In this document: piece by piece, positions 44,630 to 54,887 of the stretch
Layout of the letters: the number at the start of each line of letters is the position of its first letter
Numbering within the stretch: position 1 is the stretch's first letter
DNA from: a virus
Taxonomy: Duplodnaviria > Caudoviricetes
IMG/VR virus record: IMGVR_UViG_3300025099_000016
Location: 8,098 to 72,097 of that record
Strand: one strand, 5' to 3'
Length of the DNA stretch: 64,000 nt
Made by a program: the position numbers and the translations under genes
The notes under the pieces: generated by a model
The model's input: the letters and a program-made list of their open reading frames with translations, nothing else
What the model was told of the DNA's origin: nothing
The model's database searches: none

Positions 44630-47600
44630 TGGTGTGCGTAACATCTTTTGTTTTTCCTTTCCGTTATGTTCTTACACCGAGGACCTTTACCGCCTCTAGT
44701 ATTTGCTTTACATCTATATTCTTTTTTACCGTCACCATCTAAATCGTCTCCATCTTTCCTGTTTTTCTCTGCCTCAGCTCTCTTTCTTTTGTTCTCTTTC
44801 TTTTTATCTTCACTTTCAGCTTTCTTCTTACCCGCTCTCTCTTGCTTAACTTTAGCTTTAGCCTCCTCTAGCTCCTTGTCTTTAACATCTAAACTCCACT
44901 TATCCCAACCAGCTATTAAAGCTACTCGTTTCCAAGTCTCGTGGTTACTATTTATAGCTTCCTCTAAGTTCTGAGCTTTCCTAACAACTCTGGCTAAAGG
45001 AACGTTTGTTGTGGCTTCAACAAGGTTACCGATAACGTTTAGTATAGGATTATCTATATCTAACCCCATTTTTTCTGGCACATCTTTGTTATACTCATAA
45101 CTATATATGGCAGACATTATTTTCCTAAGTTTACTACCTATAGGTGGGGATAATTGTACTGCTTCAATTGCTACTTTAGATAATTCTCTCTTACCGTAAG
45201 GCTTGTCTCTTTCTTCTAAATACTTCATGATAGTATTCTTAAGAGTGGAAGCCATAGCACCATACACGCCAGTACCTCTTAACAAAGTATCTAAAGCTCC
45301 ATTAGCTACACGTGTTGTTTTAGTTTTAGTCTTTTCTTCATCTTCATCTCCACCGAACAATAAAAACGCTAAACCAGTTTGTAAGCTACCGAATATAACA
45401 TTCTGCATAGCACCATAATATAATATCCTAGACACATGAGACTTCCAGTCACCCCTACCATTAACTAAATCTGATATTGCTTTCTTAGTTAGTCTAGTAT
45501 ATTGCATCGGAGTGTTTTGCCAAGCTAATACTAATCTACCTAACGTCCCAGCTTGTTGCTGAGATATAAGGTCAGGTCTAGAAGATTGTTGTGTTTCTTC
45601 TGCGATCTCTTGGAATTGATCGAAAGCTTTTGTTTCAGCCTCTTTCTGACTTAATCCTTCTTTAATATATTTGTTTATCTTATTTCTGTAATAAGTCGCG
45701 CCACCAGATGCTATAGCGAAACTATCCGCGATCTGTGTAGGTGTGAAACCTATCTGAAGCAAATATCTAACAGCGGCTTTGTATTTATCTTTCGCACCAC
45801 TCTTAGCTACAGTATTACTTAGCTCCGATAAGTTTACATCAATAGACATACCAGACCTACGCTGTTTTAACATGTCTGAATTAAACAACGTTATAAAATC
45901 TTTCCAATATTGAGGTTGGTTAGCGAAAGCTTTAGCCGCTTGGAATATATTATTATCTCCCCAATCTATAAAGTTAACCGTGGATAGGGTTTGAAGCATC
46001 GCTGATCTAGTGTTAAAGAACATAACAGCACCAACAGACCCGTTGATCCAGTCCATAAAGCCATTTACTACTTTATCTTTTTTACCAGTAACTCTGTTAC
46101 TACCAGTTTCCATACGGTATAACATATTCTCTAAAGCATCTCTAAAGTCTGTACCATAAACAGCCTCTATCTTATTCATGTTTTCAGGTGAAAATATAAT
46201 GTCTACATTATCTTTCCATTCAGACAAGAACTCAGCTCTATTGGTCTGGCTAGATTGCCCAAATAAATCTGAAGCTATATTCCCAACAACCCAATTTTCG
46301 TCAGGTGTCACGTAACCGTCCTTAGCTCTAGATATTATACCTAAAGTATCAGCAAATGCTTTTGTTTTAGGATCGTTATTAACGTGGTCAGACAATAGTT
46401 CAATTTCGTTTTCTGATATACCTGGTATATCTATACCACTCTTGCTCCACAAGTAAACTCTTATCGCATCATTAACAGTGAAGTCAGTTCCAGACACGTT
46501 TTTATTGAGATTTTTGATAACCGTTGGCATCTCTTTTTTCAAAGTTTTAAACTCTTCAGAAGTTCTTTGCTTAGCAAAGTTCATATCTCTAATACCCTTA
46601 GCGAATGGATCTAATAAATGTTCTTTAAAGAAAGCCATGTCGGCATCACCTTGTTTACCCTTGCCCAGGAAGTTGTAAAGTAAACCTTTAAAATCCTCAG
46701 CTGATGGTGGAACGAAGAATTTCTTTAAAATACCACCATCTACCTTCTTACCTCTTAATCTAGCTTGAGCATCGGAGAACACTTTACCTATAGGTACACC
46801 AGAGCTTCTTTCAAGTATATTATTGAAGTTAGCCGCACCATCTTGACTGAACTTAAGTTTAGCTTGTACTACTTTAGATTTAATATCTAATTGATCTAGT
46901 ACATCTTTAACAGCTTTAACGTTTGGCAAAGCATCATCAACAAAGTACATGTCGTTATAACCCTCAGCAAATTTCTGTAACATCCATTGACCCTTAGCTT
47001 CACCTTCACTCTTGCCTAAGCCAGTTATATTTCTCAAAGGTAAATCTACACCTTGTGTTTTCAACCACTGCTGTATAGGCCCAGCTGAAGCTTGTTGTCT
47101 AGCTGTAAGTATGAATACATTTTTATTACCGTACTTAGCTATTTGATTTTTTAGTTTCTGAAGTAGAGGACCTTCCTTTCCACCACGAACATTTGCAAAA
47201 TCAGAGAAATCGAACTCATACCCAGCGGCTGCATATTCAGGACCTTCGATCGGCCATTCTTCAGACGTTATCTTAACCTGTTGTTTAGTAACTGGGTCTG
47301 TAGCGACAACGAAGTTTTCACCACCAATAATAAGTGTTTCGTCAAAGTCAAATGTAGACATACCTTTTGAGTTGGCATTATCAAATCTAACTTCACTAAA
47401 CTTGTCTATTTTGCCAATAAAATTTCTTGGTAAAGGTTGATCTTGCTTTAGATTATCAGTGTTTATTTCAACAAAGTTTACGCCTAACTCTTTAAATCTT
47501 TTTTTATTCGCTTGAATAGATTTATAACTATTCTTCACAGCGGTATTAGTTAGAATTCTTTCAGGTCTAGCTTTATTTCTAGCTAAAGCAGTTTCTAAAG

Positions 47601-50600
47601 AAGAGTCAACAAATATAATTTGAACATCATATCCAGCTTGCTTGAACTCTCTAACAGATCTTTCTACACCAGCCTTTTGAGCTCCGGTACTATGTGTGAC
47701 AATGCTCTTACCAGTTTCTCGTTGTTTTGCTTTAAGCTTATCAAGATCTGCACTAGAGTCATATTGTAAATTCCAAAATTTTTCCGACTGCTCTCTAGTG
47801 AACTCATTCATATCTTTTGGTAACCCGGCTTTTTTAATACCTTTTTCTAAAGCGATATCAGGATTCATTACTTCAAACCCTTGATCTTTTAAACCAAGTT
47901 TTTTAATTATAGTGGACTTACCAGATCCTGAAGCACCAACAACTAATATAGCTTTTCTATCTGGTACTATTCTTTGGATATTACCATCGGTGCTATTTCT
48001 AACGACTTCTCTAGCTTTTCTAGTGTTGTCTAAGTTCTTGATGTCAGCTTCATTAGCTATTAATCCAACTTCGCTTATAGCGTCTACATATTCAGATGCC
48101 TGCTCTCTAGTTATCTTACCGGTTAATATCTCTGATATTAAATTATTCTGTACATCGACTAATGCCCTAACTTTAGTCTTGCTCATACCTTTAGTATCTA
48201 TACCTACCTTAAAGTATTCAGGTATAGTCATGTTCTTAGATGGTAAGAAATAGTTATTTAAGTTTATACCACCCTTAGCGTATCTTATCATCGACGCCAT
48301 ACCAAGGTCTAACCAAGGTAGTTTATCATCTAATATAGCGGGTACTACCTCTTCCCAGAATTCATTAGGCATTGAGTCAACTAAGCTTTCTCTAAGTATA
48401 TTCCCATCCTTATCTTTAATAGCTTTTAGCATGTTATCATCAACTTGAGTTAATGACAACTGAACAAACGCTGCTTTAGCAACTTTCAATACATTATCTA
48501 TAGGTGTTTGATTTATTGCTGCACTTAAAAACATTGTGCCGATATTGTTTTGGGGCATAGAATGCTCCTCCCTCATCTCAACATCATAATGCAACTTACC
48601 ATCCTTATAGTACACACCGACTAGAGAAGCTGAAGTTCTAAATATGGCATCACCATTACTACTAGCGTTAGTAACAAATCTAGCAAAGAACCAAGCATCA
48701 TCTGGATTATTCTTTAAATGTTTCTGCACGTCAGTAAACATTTTAGCTAGGAAGTCTATTTTTTGTTGTTCAAACTCGAAAAATTCTTTCCCACTTAACT
48801 CTTGCTTACCAACGATAAACTTAACCTCACCGTTCTTTTTAACTACTCTTTTAGGATCAAGTTTTTGTGTACTGTGAAATCTGAATCTCTTTAAGAAGTT
48901 TGGCAACTCGTACCTTCTCATCCCAGCTAGTTCGTCAAAAACATCCTTAACACCAAACATACTTTTCCCTCGCCCGTTAGACATACCAACTCTAAATAGA
49001 GTAGCATAGACAGGATCAAGATCAGCCATTGTTTTAATTATTCTAGATGTTTCTTCACCTAAAGTTTTATCTCTACCTACTTCTCTACCTATCTGTACTA
49101 GTGATTCAAAATTAATTAAAGTTACAGGTACTTCTCCTCTAGTTCTACTAACCTTAGTGCTGACTATTTTAGCTACCTTGCTCAATAATGGATCAGTTAT
49201 ACCAGCATCTTTAAGTATATGCCTAGACTCCATATTAGCATACTTCTTAAGTTCTCTAGAAACACTAACAGCATCTTCACTAAACATAACAGGTGACTTA
49301 CCACTAGCCATTTGTTGTACAGTTGTGGCTTGAGTATCATCTTGCATTAGAACCTCTCTAATGGCTTGATTTGACATAGCCCTATCTAACTGTTTAGCTA
49401 AAGCTAAAACCCTCGAGGATGTGTTCCTATCGTCTCTCTGTGGCTTACCATCTATAATACCGAATACCTCTAAAAACTCTGTTCTAGTTATATTAGGTTT
49501 TTTAGATTGAGCAGTCAAACCAGCTTTGGTTTTCTCTCTCTTAGATTTTTTATTATAGAACTTATCTAATAAAACTTTTTGAACACCTGTCGCTGTACCA
49601 TCTTCAGTCGCACCTTCAGGTAACATTGATTGTAGCATGTCAGCGTTCTTAGCTATAAACATCTGAGCGTTAGCTAACTCTGGTTTACTAAGATTAGCAT
49701 TACTAGTTATTTTCTTGGAAGGTATACTCATTAACTCACCAACAGTCTCAGTAGCTATGTTAGGTGTTTTCTTATATGTAGTACCTGTAAGGTCGTTGTC
49801 TTTAACGTACTGCTTAGCTTTAGGTGCTATCTTATCTCTAACCTTTAATCTGTCAGCTAGAACAATACCTTTTCTTTTAGGACCAGATTGTTTAATACCT
49901 TCTTCAGTGGTAACGCTTTCAGCTTGTTTTGCTATACCTTCGTCAGTCATTGACTTGGTGGCAGTGTCTTGAACCCCTCTTTTAGCCATCACCTCTTTTG
50001 CTCTTTGAGGTAAGAACTGATTAATGTAGGCTGCAACGTTTTGATACTTGTGTTTTGCTGGATTAAAATCTTTAACTAATCCTAATACAGTTCTAGCTTT
50101 TGCTTTATCGGTACCGGGATCATATAGTATGTCAGCTATTATATCTTCTTTATTATCTAGTAAGTCATTTCTAATATCTTCTGTCTGTGCATTAGCTAAG
50201 GCTCTACTAAATATATTCTCAGCCATACCTCTATACTCCATAGCTATAACTCCAGAAATATCATCTTTCATTCTAGCCATCATCTTTAAATCAGCTTCAG
50301 TCTTTATTTCTTTATTTTGAATATCAAGTATGGGTTTATATAAATCTTGCACCCTCTCTGAAGCTTCAACGTCTATAGATTCTTTTGGCTCCACTGTGGT
50401 ATCAGTATCTTCAGTCACACCAGCCGTTAATTCTCTACCTATTTTTATACCTTCTAACGATGCTTTTGTAAACGCTTTATTTCTACCAAACATGTTGCTC
50501 TTAGCATTCATATCAGTTATAAAGTTTAAAACATCTTCAGCCGTGTTAAGCTCTACGTTTTTCATACCTGACGCTTGTAGTATTCTACGTATAGGTGATT

Positions 50601-53600
50601 TAAGTTTAGCACCCAAGCTAGTATTGATCTTAATATCACCACTCTTCAAAGCATCCATTAACAAGGTTACTTTCTCCTCAGCTCTAACAGACTCAGGCTT
50701 ATTAATATAAGCTGTTAATCTACTAGACATTTCAGATTGAGCTACAGCATCTGGATCTAAATCACTTAGTATATCATCAACAGCATTACCCAAAGCAATA
50801 GCAGCTCTAGGATTATCCGCTAAAGTATTCTTTAACAACTGATGCATCATCTCATGTTGTACTACGTTCGTAGCGCCTCTCTCGGCAGCAAACTCAGGGT
50901 TCACTAATATCATATCTGCATGTATAGCAGAAGCACCGTGGCTGTTATTAAACGTTTCCTCAGTTAAAGCCTTCACACTAGCCTTATCCTCTTGTAACTG
51001 CTTTATCTCTTCTTTGATCTTAGTTTTAGATTCTTCGTCAGCAGTTTTTAAATCTTCCTTCTTCTTCTTTATTTTCTTATCAACAGCTTCTACCTCAGCT
51101 TTCTTATAAGTCTTTAACTGTTCACTTATGTTTTCACTATCAATCTTTACAACACTTATAGGTTTACCAAACATCTTGGTAGCTTTTCTTTCAAGCTCCT
51201 TAGTATCTCTTTCTACTCTACCTAAGTTTTCACTTTTGTTAGCGTTAGCTATTGTTTGATTTTTTAAAGCTGTTAAGTTAGCTATCTGAGCGTTGTTATC
51301 TTTTACTTGAGACTCTATTTGTTCTGGAGTTAAACCAAATTCACCTCTAATGCTTTTGTTATTAGCTTTTAAAGCAGCTATAGTTACGTCTACATCTATT
51401 AAAGCTTGCTTCTCTTGCGGTGTCATTTTATCTATGTTAGAAACAGTCTCATCCATTAGCTGTGAATGTTGACCCACTAACATACCTATATCCGACTCTA
51501 TAGCTTTTCTATTTTCTGGAGACAGTTCTACCTCACTAAGTATTCTACTTTTTTGTTGTATCTTTTCACTTATACTTTGTAACTCAGCTGTAGCATCTGT
51601 AGATTGAAAAGCTTTAGCTACATTCTTACCTATTAAAGGAGACTTGTATACGAGCCCACTCATAAATACACCACTAATGAAACTTTCGGTTGCACCTTCT
51701 AATAGTGATTTACTCTCATCTCCTAATATAAATCTATCAGTAGCATTGGAAGCTAATTGAGCTAAAACCTCTGTACCACCTTCCTCTATAGGGTCGTATA
51801 AATTCTCGTATAAACCTTTTCTAGTAAAAAAGTTTCGCTTCATAGTATTAGCAAAACCTCTCTTAGCTGCGGGGTTAGCTTTGAGTAGTGCTTTAACTTT
51901 ATTGGCTTGACCAAGTGTAACCTTCTCAGATAGTCCCTCCGCTAAACCAGTTAGTATAGCAGTGGAATACTTTTGAGCAAATGTATAATTTTTCCCTGTA
52001 TCTCTTTCCTCTCTATCTATATCCTTAAACTTCTGACCAGCAGAAGAAGCTCCTAATATAAAAAGACTCGCACCGCCAGTAGTAAACGTAACAGCTGTAT
52101 TAGCTGCTTGAGACGTAACTAAATGACCAAACCACTCTCCAAGCTCCTCTCCATTACTAATATCTTTAAACTCTCCAGGTTTTTCTAAACCATTTAGTAA
52201 GTCTTCGTTAACTTTATCTATAGCGTCTATTCCTTCCCTAATAAGAGGAGTAGCTTTCATCATTCCCGATGCTACTGGACCCATTAGCGGTGCAATCCAC
52301 TCTGGCATATCTAATTCTTTAGGTATTTCCAAAGCTTTCTGACCAACCTCTAATACTCCAGAACCTAATGTCATAGCACCAGAAGCTAGTTGACCACTCA
52401 AGTTAGCAGCCCAACCATAGTTCCTACCAACAGCATCTAAGTAACCAGTTAATTCCTCTTCCTTCTCAACTAGACCAGAACCTTCTTTCTGAGCGTTATC
52501 AAAACCTTTTAAGTTCTTGTCTCTAAAGTCTATTAATTCCTCGTATGTTAAACCACCACCACTATCATAGTCTGTATTTAATTTATCAAACTGCAACCTT
52601 AAACTAGCTAACTGCTTGTTAGCATCATCAACCTCTTCTTGAGTTTTATATTCCGCTGAGTTTATTTTATTCGCTTGAGCATTTATATCTCCTAGCTTTG
52701 TTTGAAGATTCTTTAAGTCATTGAATTTAGATTCTACACTCTCTAAGTTTGATATAAACTGTTTAGACCTCTTAACATTACTTTGAATCTCATTGTTTAG
52801 CTTCTTAGCGGACTCACTGGTTTCTTGTTCTAAATCTTTTTGATATGAACTTTTTTTAGAGCCAGCTGCTAATATCGAAAATGGATTCTCAACGGAAGAT
52901 AACTCTTCCATTGCTTCTTCAAAGTTATCCTCAAACTCTTGTTGCTCTATGTTTTTAGATCTTGCTTTAAGCATTTCAGTGTTGATAGACTCTTGAGGAA
53001 TGTTTTTAATAAAATCCTCGTACTTCTCCGTGCCGGGCTCTAGTTTTTCGCCTGTAGTAGAATAATGAGATCTAAGAATATTTCTAGTAGCTTCCTCTTT
53101 CAAGCTATTCAATTCTCTATTAGCTTCAACCTGCTTATTTCTAGCTTGTTGATACTCTGCGTTAGAACCAGAGAAAGCTCCCGCTGTGGAATACTTAGAG
53201 GTAAAAGCATTATGTTTTACTACATTTTTAGGAGGTAACTCTGCTTGAGAAATTTGATTTAATAAGTCTATCTGCCCTTGAGCTTCTGACTGTATCTCAA
53301 GTAGTCTCTCTTCTTTAGGTTTGAAAGCTCTAAATTTATCTAGAGTACTATCTACTGATTCCGAAGAAGTACCTTCCGAAGGTGATTCCGTATTTGTTGT
53401 TTGATTTACTTGAGGTGGATTTACCTCTTGAGTCTGTGCTGCAGTTTCCGATCCCGCAGTCGCACTTGTTGCAGGATCTTTCTGGTTTCCCTGATCTTGT
53501 GATACAGGTGATTTACCTTGAGATTTCATCGTTGATAAAAACTCTTCTTCTCTATGTGGAGCGACCTCATAAGGTTTACCATCCACTAAATAAACTTTGT

Positions 53601-53604
53601 TCAT
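44626..53604 (-). CDS. giant polyvalent ejection/internal virion protein (zincin, sigma70-like, P-loop kinase, HAD phosphatase, C-terminal CCCH finger)
   Basis: 2992 aa; HEMMH (aa 917), sigma-like segment (~1112-1315), GASGSGKS (~1890), DFDET..ILTAR..FVDD (~2086 onward), C-terminal C..C..CYAH. Confidence 0.8.
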   Translation of the reverse strand: MNKVYLVDGKPYEVAPHREEEFLSTMKSQGKSPVSQDQGNQKDPATSATAGSETAAQTQEVNPPQVNQTTNTESPSEGTSSESVDSTLDKFRAFKPKEERLLEIQSEAQGQIDLLNQISQAELPPKNVVKHNAFTSKYSTAGAFSGSNAEYQQARNKQVEANRELNSLKEEATRNILRSHYSTTGEKLEPGTEKYEDFIKNIPQESINTEMLKARSKNIEQQEFEDNFEEAMEELSSVENPFSILAAGSKKSSYQKDLEQETSESAKKLNNEIQSNVKRSKQFISNLESVESKFNDLKNLQTKLGDINAQANKINSAEYKTQEEVDDANKQLASLRLQFDKLNTDYDSGGGLTYEELIDFRDKNLKGFDNAQKEGSGLVEKEEELTGYLDAVGRNYGWAANLSGQLASGAMTLGSGVLEVGQKALEIPKELDMPEWIAPLMGPVASGMMKATPLIREGIDAIDKVNEDLLNGLEKPGEFKDISNGEELGEWFGHLVTSQAANTAVTFTTGGASLFILGASSAGQKFKDIDREERDTGKNYTFAQKYSTAILTGLAEGLSEKVTLGQANKVKALLKANPAAKRGFANTMKRNFFTRKGLYENLYDPIEEGGTEVLAQLASNATDRFILGDESKSLLEGATESFISGVFMSGLVYKSPLIGKNVAKAFQSTDATAELQSISEKIQQKSRILSEVELSPENRKAIESDIGMLVGQHSQLMDETVSNIDKMTPQEKQALIDVDVTIAALKANNKSIRGEFGLTPEQIESQVKDNNAQIANLTALKNQTIANANKSENLGRVERDTKELERKATKMFGKPISVVKIDSENISEQLKTYKKAEVEAVDKKIKKKKEDLKTADEESKTKIKEEIKQLQEDKASVKALTEETFNNSHGASAIHADMILVNPEFAAERGATNVVQHEMMHQLLKNTLADNPRAAIALGNAVDDILSDLDPDAVAQSEMSSRLTAYINKPESVRAEEKVTLLMDALKSGDIKINTSLGAKLKSPIRRILQASGMKNVELNTAEDVLNFITDMNAKSNMFGRNKAFTKASLEGIKIGRELTAGVTEDTDTTVEPKESIDVEASERVQDLYKPILDIQNKEIKTEADLKMMARMKDDISGVIAMEYRGMAENIFSRALANAQTEDIRNDLLDNKEDIIADILYDPGTDKAKARTVLGLVKDFNPAKHKYQNVAAYINQFLPQRAKEVMAKRGVQDTATKSMTDEGIAKQAESVTTEEGIKQSGPKRKGIVLADRLKVRDKIAPKAKQYVKDNDLTGTTYKKTPNIATETVGELMSIPSKKITSNANLSKPELANAQMFIAKNADMLQSMLPEGATEDGTATGVQKVLLDKFYNKKSKREKTKAGLTAQSKKPNITRTEFLEVFGIIDGKPQRDDRNTSSRVLALAKQLDRAMSNQAIREVLMQDDTQATTVQQMASGKSPVMFSEDAVSVSRELKKYANMESRHILKDAGITDPLLSKVAKIVSTKVSRTRGEVPVTLINFESLVQIGREVGRDKTLGEETSRIIKTMADLDPVYATLFRVGMSNGRGKSMFGVKDVFDELAGMRRYELPNFLKRFRFHSTQKLDPKRVVKKNGEVKFIVGKQELSGKEFFEFEQQKIDFLAKMFTDVQKHLKNNPDDAWFFARFVTNASSNGDAIFRTSASLVGVYYKDGKLHYDVEMREEHSMPQNNIGTMFLSAAINQTPIDNVLKVAKAAFVQLSLTQVDDNMLKAIKDKDGNILRESLVDSMPNEFWEEVVPAILDDKLPWLDLGMASMIRYAKGGINLNNYFLPSKNMTIPEYFKVGIDTKGMSKTKVRALVDVQNNLISEILTGKITREQASEYVDAISEVGLIANEADIKNLDNTRKAREVVRNSTDGNIQRIVPDRKAILVVGASGSGKSTIIKKLGLKDQGFEVMNPDIALEKGIKKAGLPKDMNEFTREQSEKFWNLQYDSSADLDKLKAKQRETGKSIVTHSTGAQKAGVERSVREFKQAGYDVQIIFVDSSLETALARNKARPERILTNTAVKNSYKSIQANKKRFKELGVNFVEINTDNLKQDQPLPRNFIGKIDKFSEVRFDNANSKGMSTFDFDETLIIGGENFVVATDPVTKQQVKITSEEWPIEGPEYAAAGYEFDFSDFANVRGGKEGPLLQKLKNQIAKYGNKNVFILTARQQASAGPIQQWLKTQGVDLPLRNITGLGKSEGEAKGQWMLQKFAEGYNDMYFVDDALPNVKAVKDVLDQLDIKSKVVQAKLKFSQDGAANFNNILERSSGVPIGKVFSDAQARLRGKKVDGGILKKFFVPPSAEDFKGLLYNFLGKGKQGDADMAFFKEHLLDPFAKGIRDMNFAKQRTSEEFKTLKKEMPTVIKNLNKNVSGTDFTVNDAIRVYLWSKSGIDIPGISENEIELLSDHVNNDPKTKAFADTLGIISRAKDGYVTPDENWVVGNIASDLFGQSSQTNRAEFLSEWKDNVDIIFSPENMNKIEAVYGTDFRDALENMLYRMETGSNRVTGKKDKVVNGFMDWINGSVGAVMFFNTRSAMLQTLSTVNFIDWGDNNIFQAAKAFANQPQYWKDFITLFNSDMLKQRRSGMSIDVNLSELSNTVAKSGAKDKYKAAVRYLLQIGFTPTQIADSFAIASGGATYYRNKINKYIKEGLSQKEAETKAFDQFQEIAEETQQSSRPDLISQQQAGTLGRLVLAWQNTPMQYTRLTKKAISDLVNGRGDWKSHVSRILYYGAMQNVIFGSLQTGLAFLLFGGDEDEEKTKTKTTRVANGALDTLLRGTGVYGAMASTLKNTIMKYLEERDKPYGKRELSKVAIEAVQLSPPIGSKLRKIMSAIYSYEYNKDVPEKMGLDIDNPILNVIGNLVEATTNVPLARVVRKAQNLEEAINSNHETWKRVALIAGWDKWSLDVKDKELEEAKAKVKQERAGKKKAESEDKKKENKRKRAEAEKNRKDGDDLDGDGKKEYRCKANTRGGKGPRCKNITERKNKRCYAHQ

Positions 53605-53624
53605 ACTGTCTCGTTAGTTACCCG

Positions 53625-54887
53625 TTATTGTGCCCAATCTTGGTTGGGGTTCATTTGTTTTTCTTCTTGCTTTCCTTTCCAAGCCGTCTCTGCTAACCGC
53701 TGGAGTTCAACCTCAGATAACGTAGGTGACATCTGAGGTGGGTTATTTTGGTTGTAAACATCCACGTGAACTTTATGCTGCTTATCCCACCCCTGCTTGA
53801 CAAACTGTGTGTAGTAATCGACTAACAGCTCATCTCTTTCGCTCTTCATATTGGGATCTTTAATAAAAGCATTTATTATAGATCTTTGATCATCTTCACT
53901 TAATCCATCACCTTTTAAGTCAACCATATTGTTATCGTCTCCAGCTGGTGGATCTATGCCTAAGCTCTCATAGCTTATAGCGCTTAAATAACCAGAATTA
54001 AGTAGATCATCTTTAAAAGATTTCTGTCTAACTAAAGGATCATGCATTAGTGATATTTGCTTACCGTTTTTAACCAAACGTCTAACGGCATTTTTAGTTT
54101 CATCAGCGTTAAACACGGATTGGTGATTACCTTTCTTTGCTTCTTTAGCTGATATTTCTTTTAATTCCATTATACCTTTAGCACTAGCTGCGTCGACTTG
54201 AAACTTACTAGACAACTGTTGAGCGTCATTAATTGACATCATAGTACCATCTTCATTTTTAAAACCGGCTTCAACACCTACCATGTTACCGTCTTTGTCA
54301 AGAACCTCTATAACACCTAAAGCATCGTCTCCATTGTGATTGCCAAGCATAGCTCTAGCTTCCTCATCGTCTTGCAAACCCAAAGAGTAACCTGCTGGAT
54401 CAAAAGCCCCATCACTAAGATTCTGCTTAGACCATAGAGCTGCATTGGTTTTACGTTGTGCTTTGAACCCGTTAACTTGGTTGTTTAGTCTTTGTACATT
54501 ATTTAAAGCTTCCGCTTGTTGACCTTTATCTCCGTTTAAGAATAATTGTTGCATTTGAGGGTGCTCCTCTAAAACGCTTCTTAGTTGCCTATGATTATTA
54601 GTTGATAGTTCTCCATTATCTCCTAGTATAGAATTAGCTTTGTCGTAAGTATTTTTATCCCAAGCTTTTTGCTTAGCTTGCCTTTCAGCTTTGATACCTT
54701 CTTCTCTTTGCTGCCACTCTAGCTCAGCTTGTTCTTTAGCTGCTTTTTTTCTTTCAGCTATATCGTTAACAGTTTCGTTTAGTGTATTCTGCAACTCCAT
54801 GCTAGCTTTATCTCTAGCTTTCATTTGCTCACTATACCTAGTAACGTTATAAGCTCCTTTAATTAACTCTGGATAGTAAGCTCCCAT
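53625..54887 (-). CDS. putative ejection protein
   Basis: Q/K/E coiled coil between other ejection genes. Confidence 0.55.
   Translation of the reverse strand: MGAYYPELIKGAYNVTRYSEQMKARDKASMELQNTLNETVNDIAERKKAAKEQAELEWQQREEGIKAERQAKQKAWDKNTYDKANSILGDNGELSTNNHRQLRSVLEEHPQMQQLFLNGDKGQQAEALNNVQRLNNQVNGFKAQRKTNAALWSKQNLSDGAFDPAGYSLGLQDDEEARAMLGNHNGDDALGVIEVLDKDGNMVGVEAGFKNEDGTMMSINDAQQLSSKFQVDAASAKGIMELKEISAKEAKKGNHQSVFNADETKNAVRRLVKNGKQISLMHDPLVRQKSFKDDLLNSGYLSAISYESLGIDPPAGDDNNMVDLKGDGLSEDDQRSIINAFIKDPNMKSERDELLVDYYTQFVKQGWDKQHKVHVDVYNQNNPPQMSPTLSEVELQRLAETAWKGKQEEKQMNPNQDWAQ

Noticed and set aside
47335-47349. DFDET in the giant protein as the catalytic motif of a crAss-like virion RNA polymerase
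   Set aside because: Double-psi RNAPs need DxDxD (DFDID/DFDGD). Here it is DxDxT followed by HAD motifs II-IV, so it is a phosphatase.
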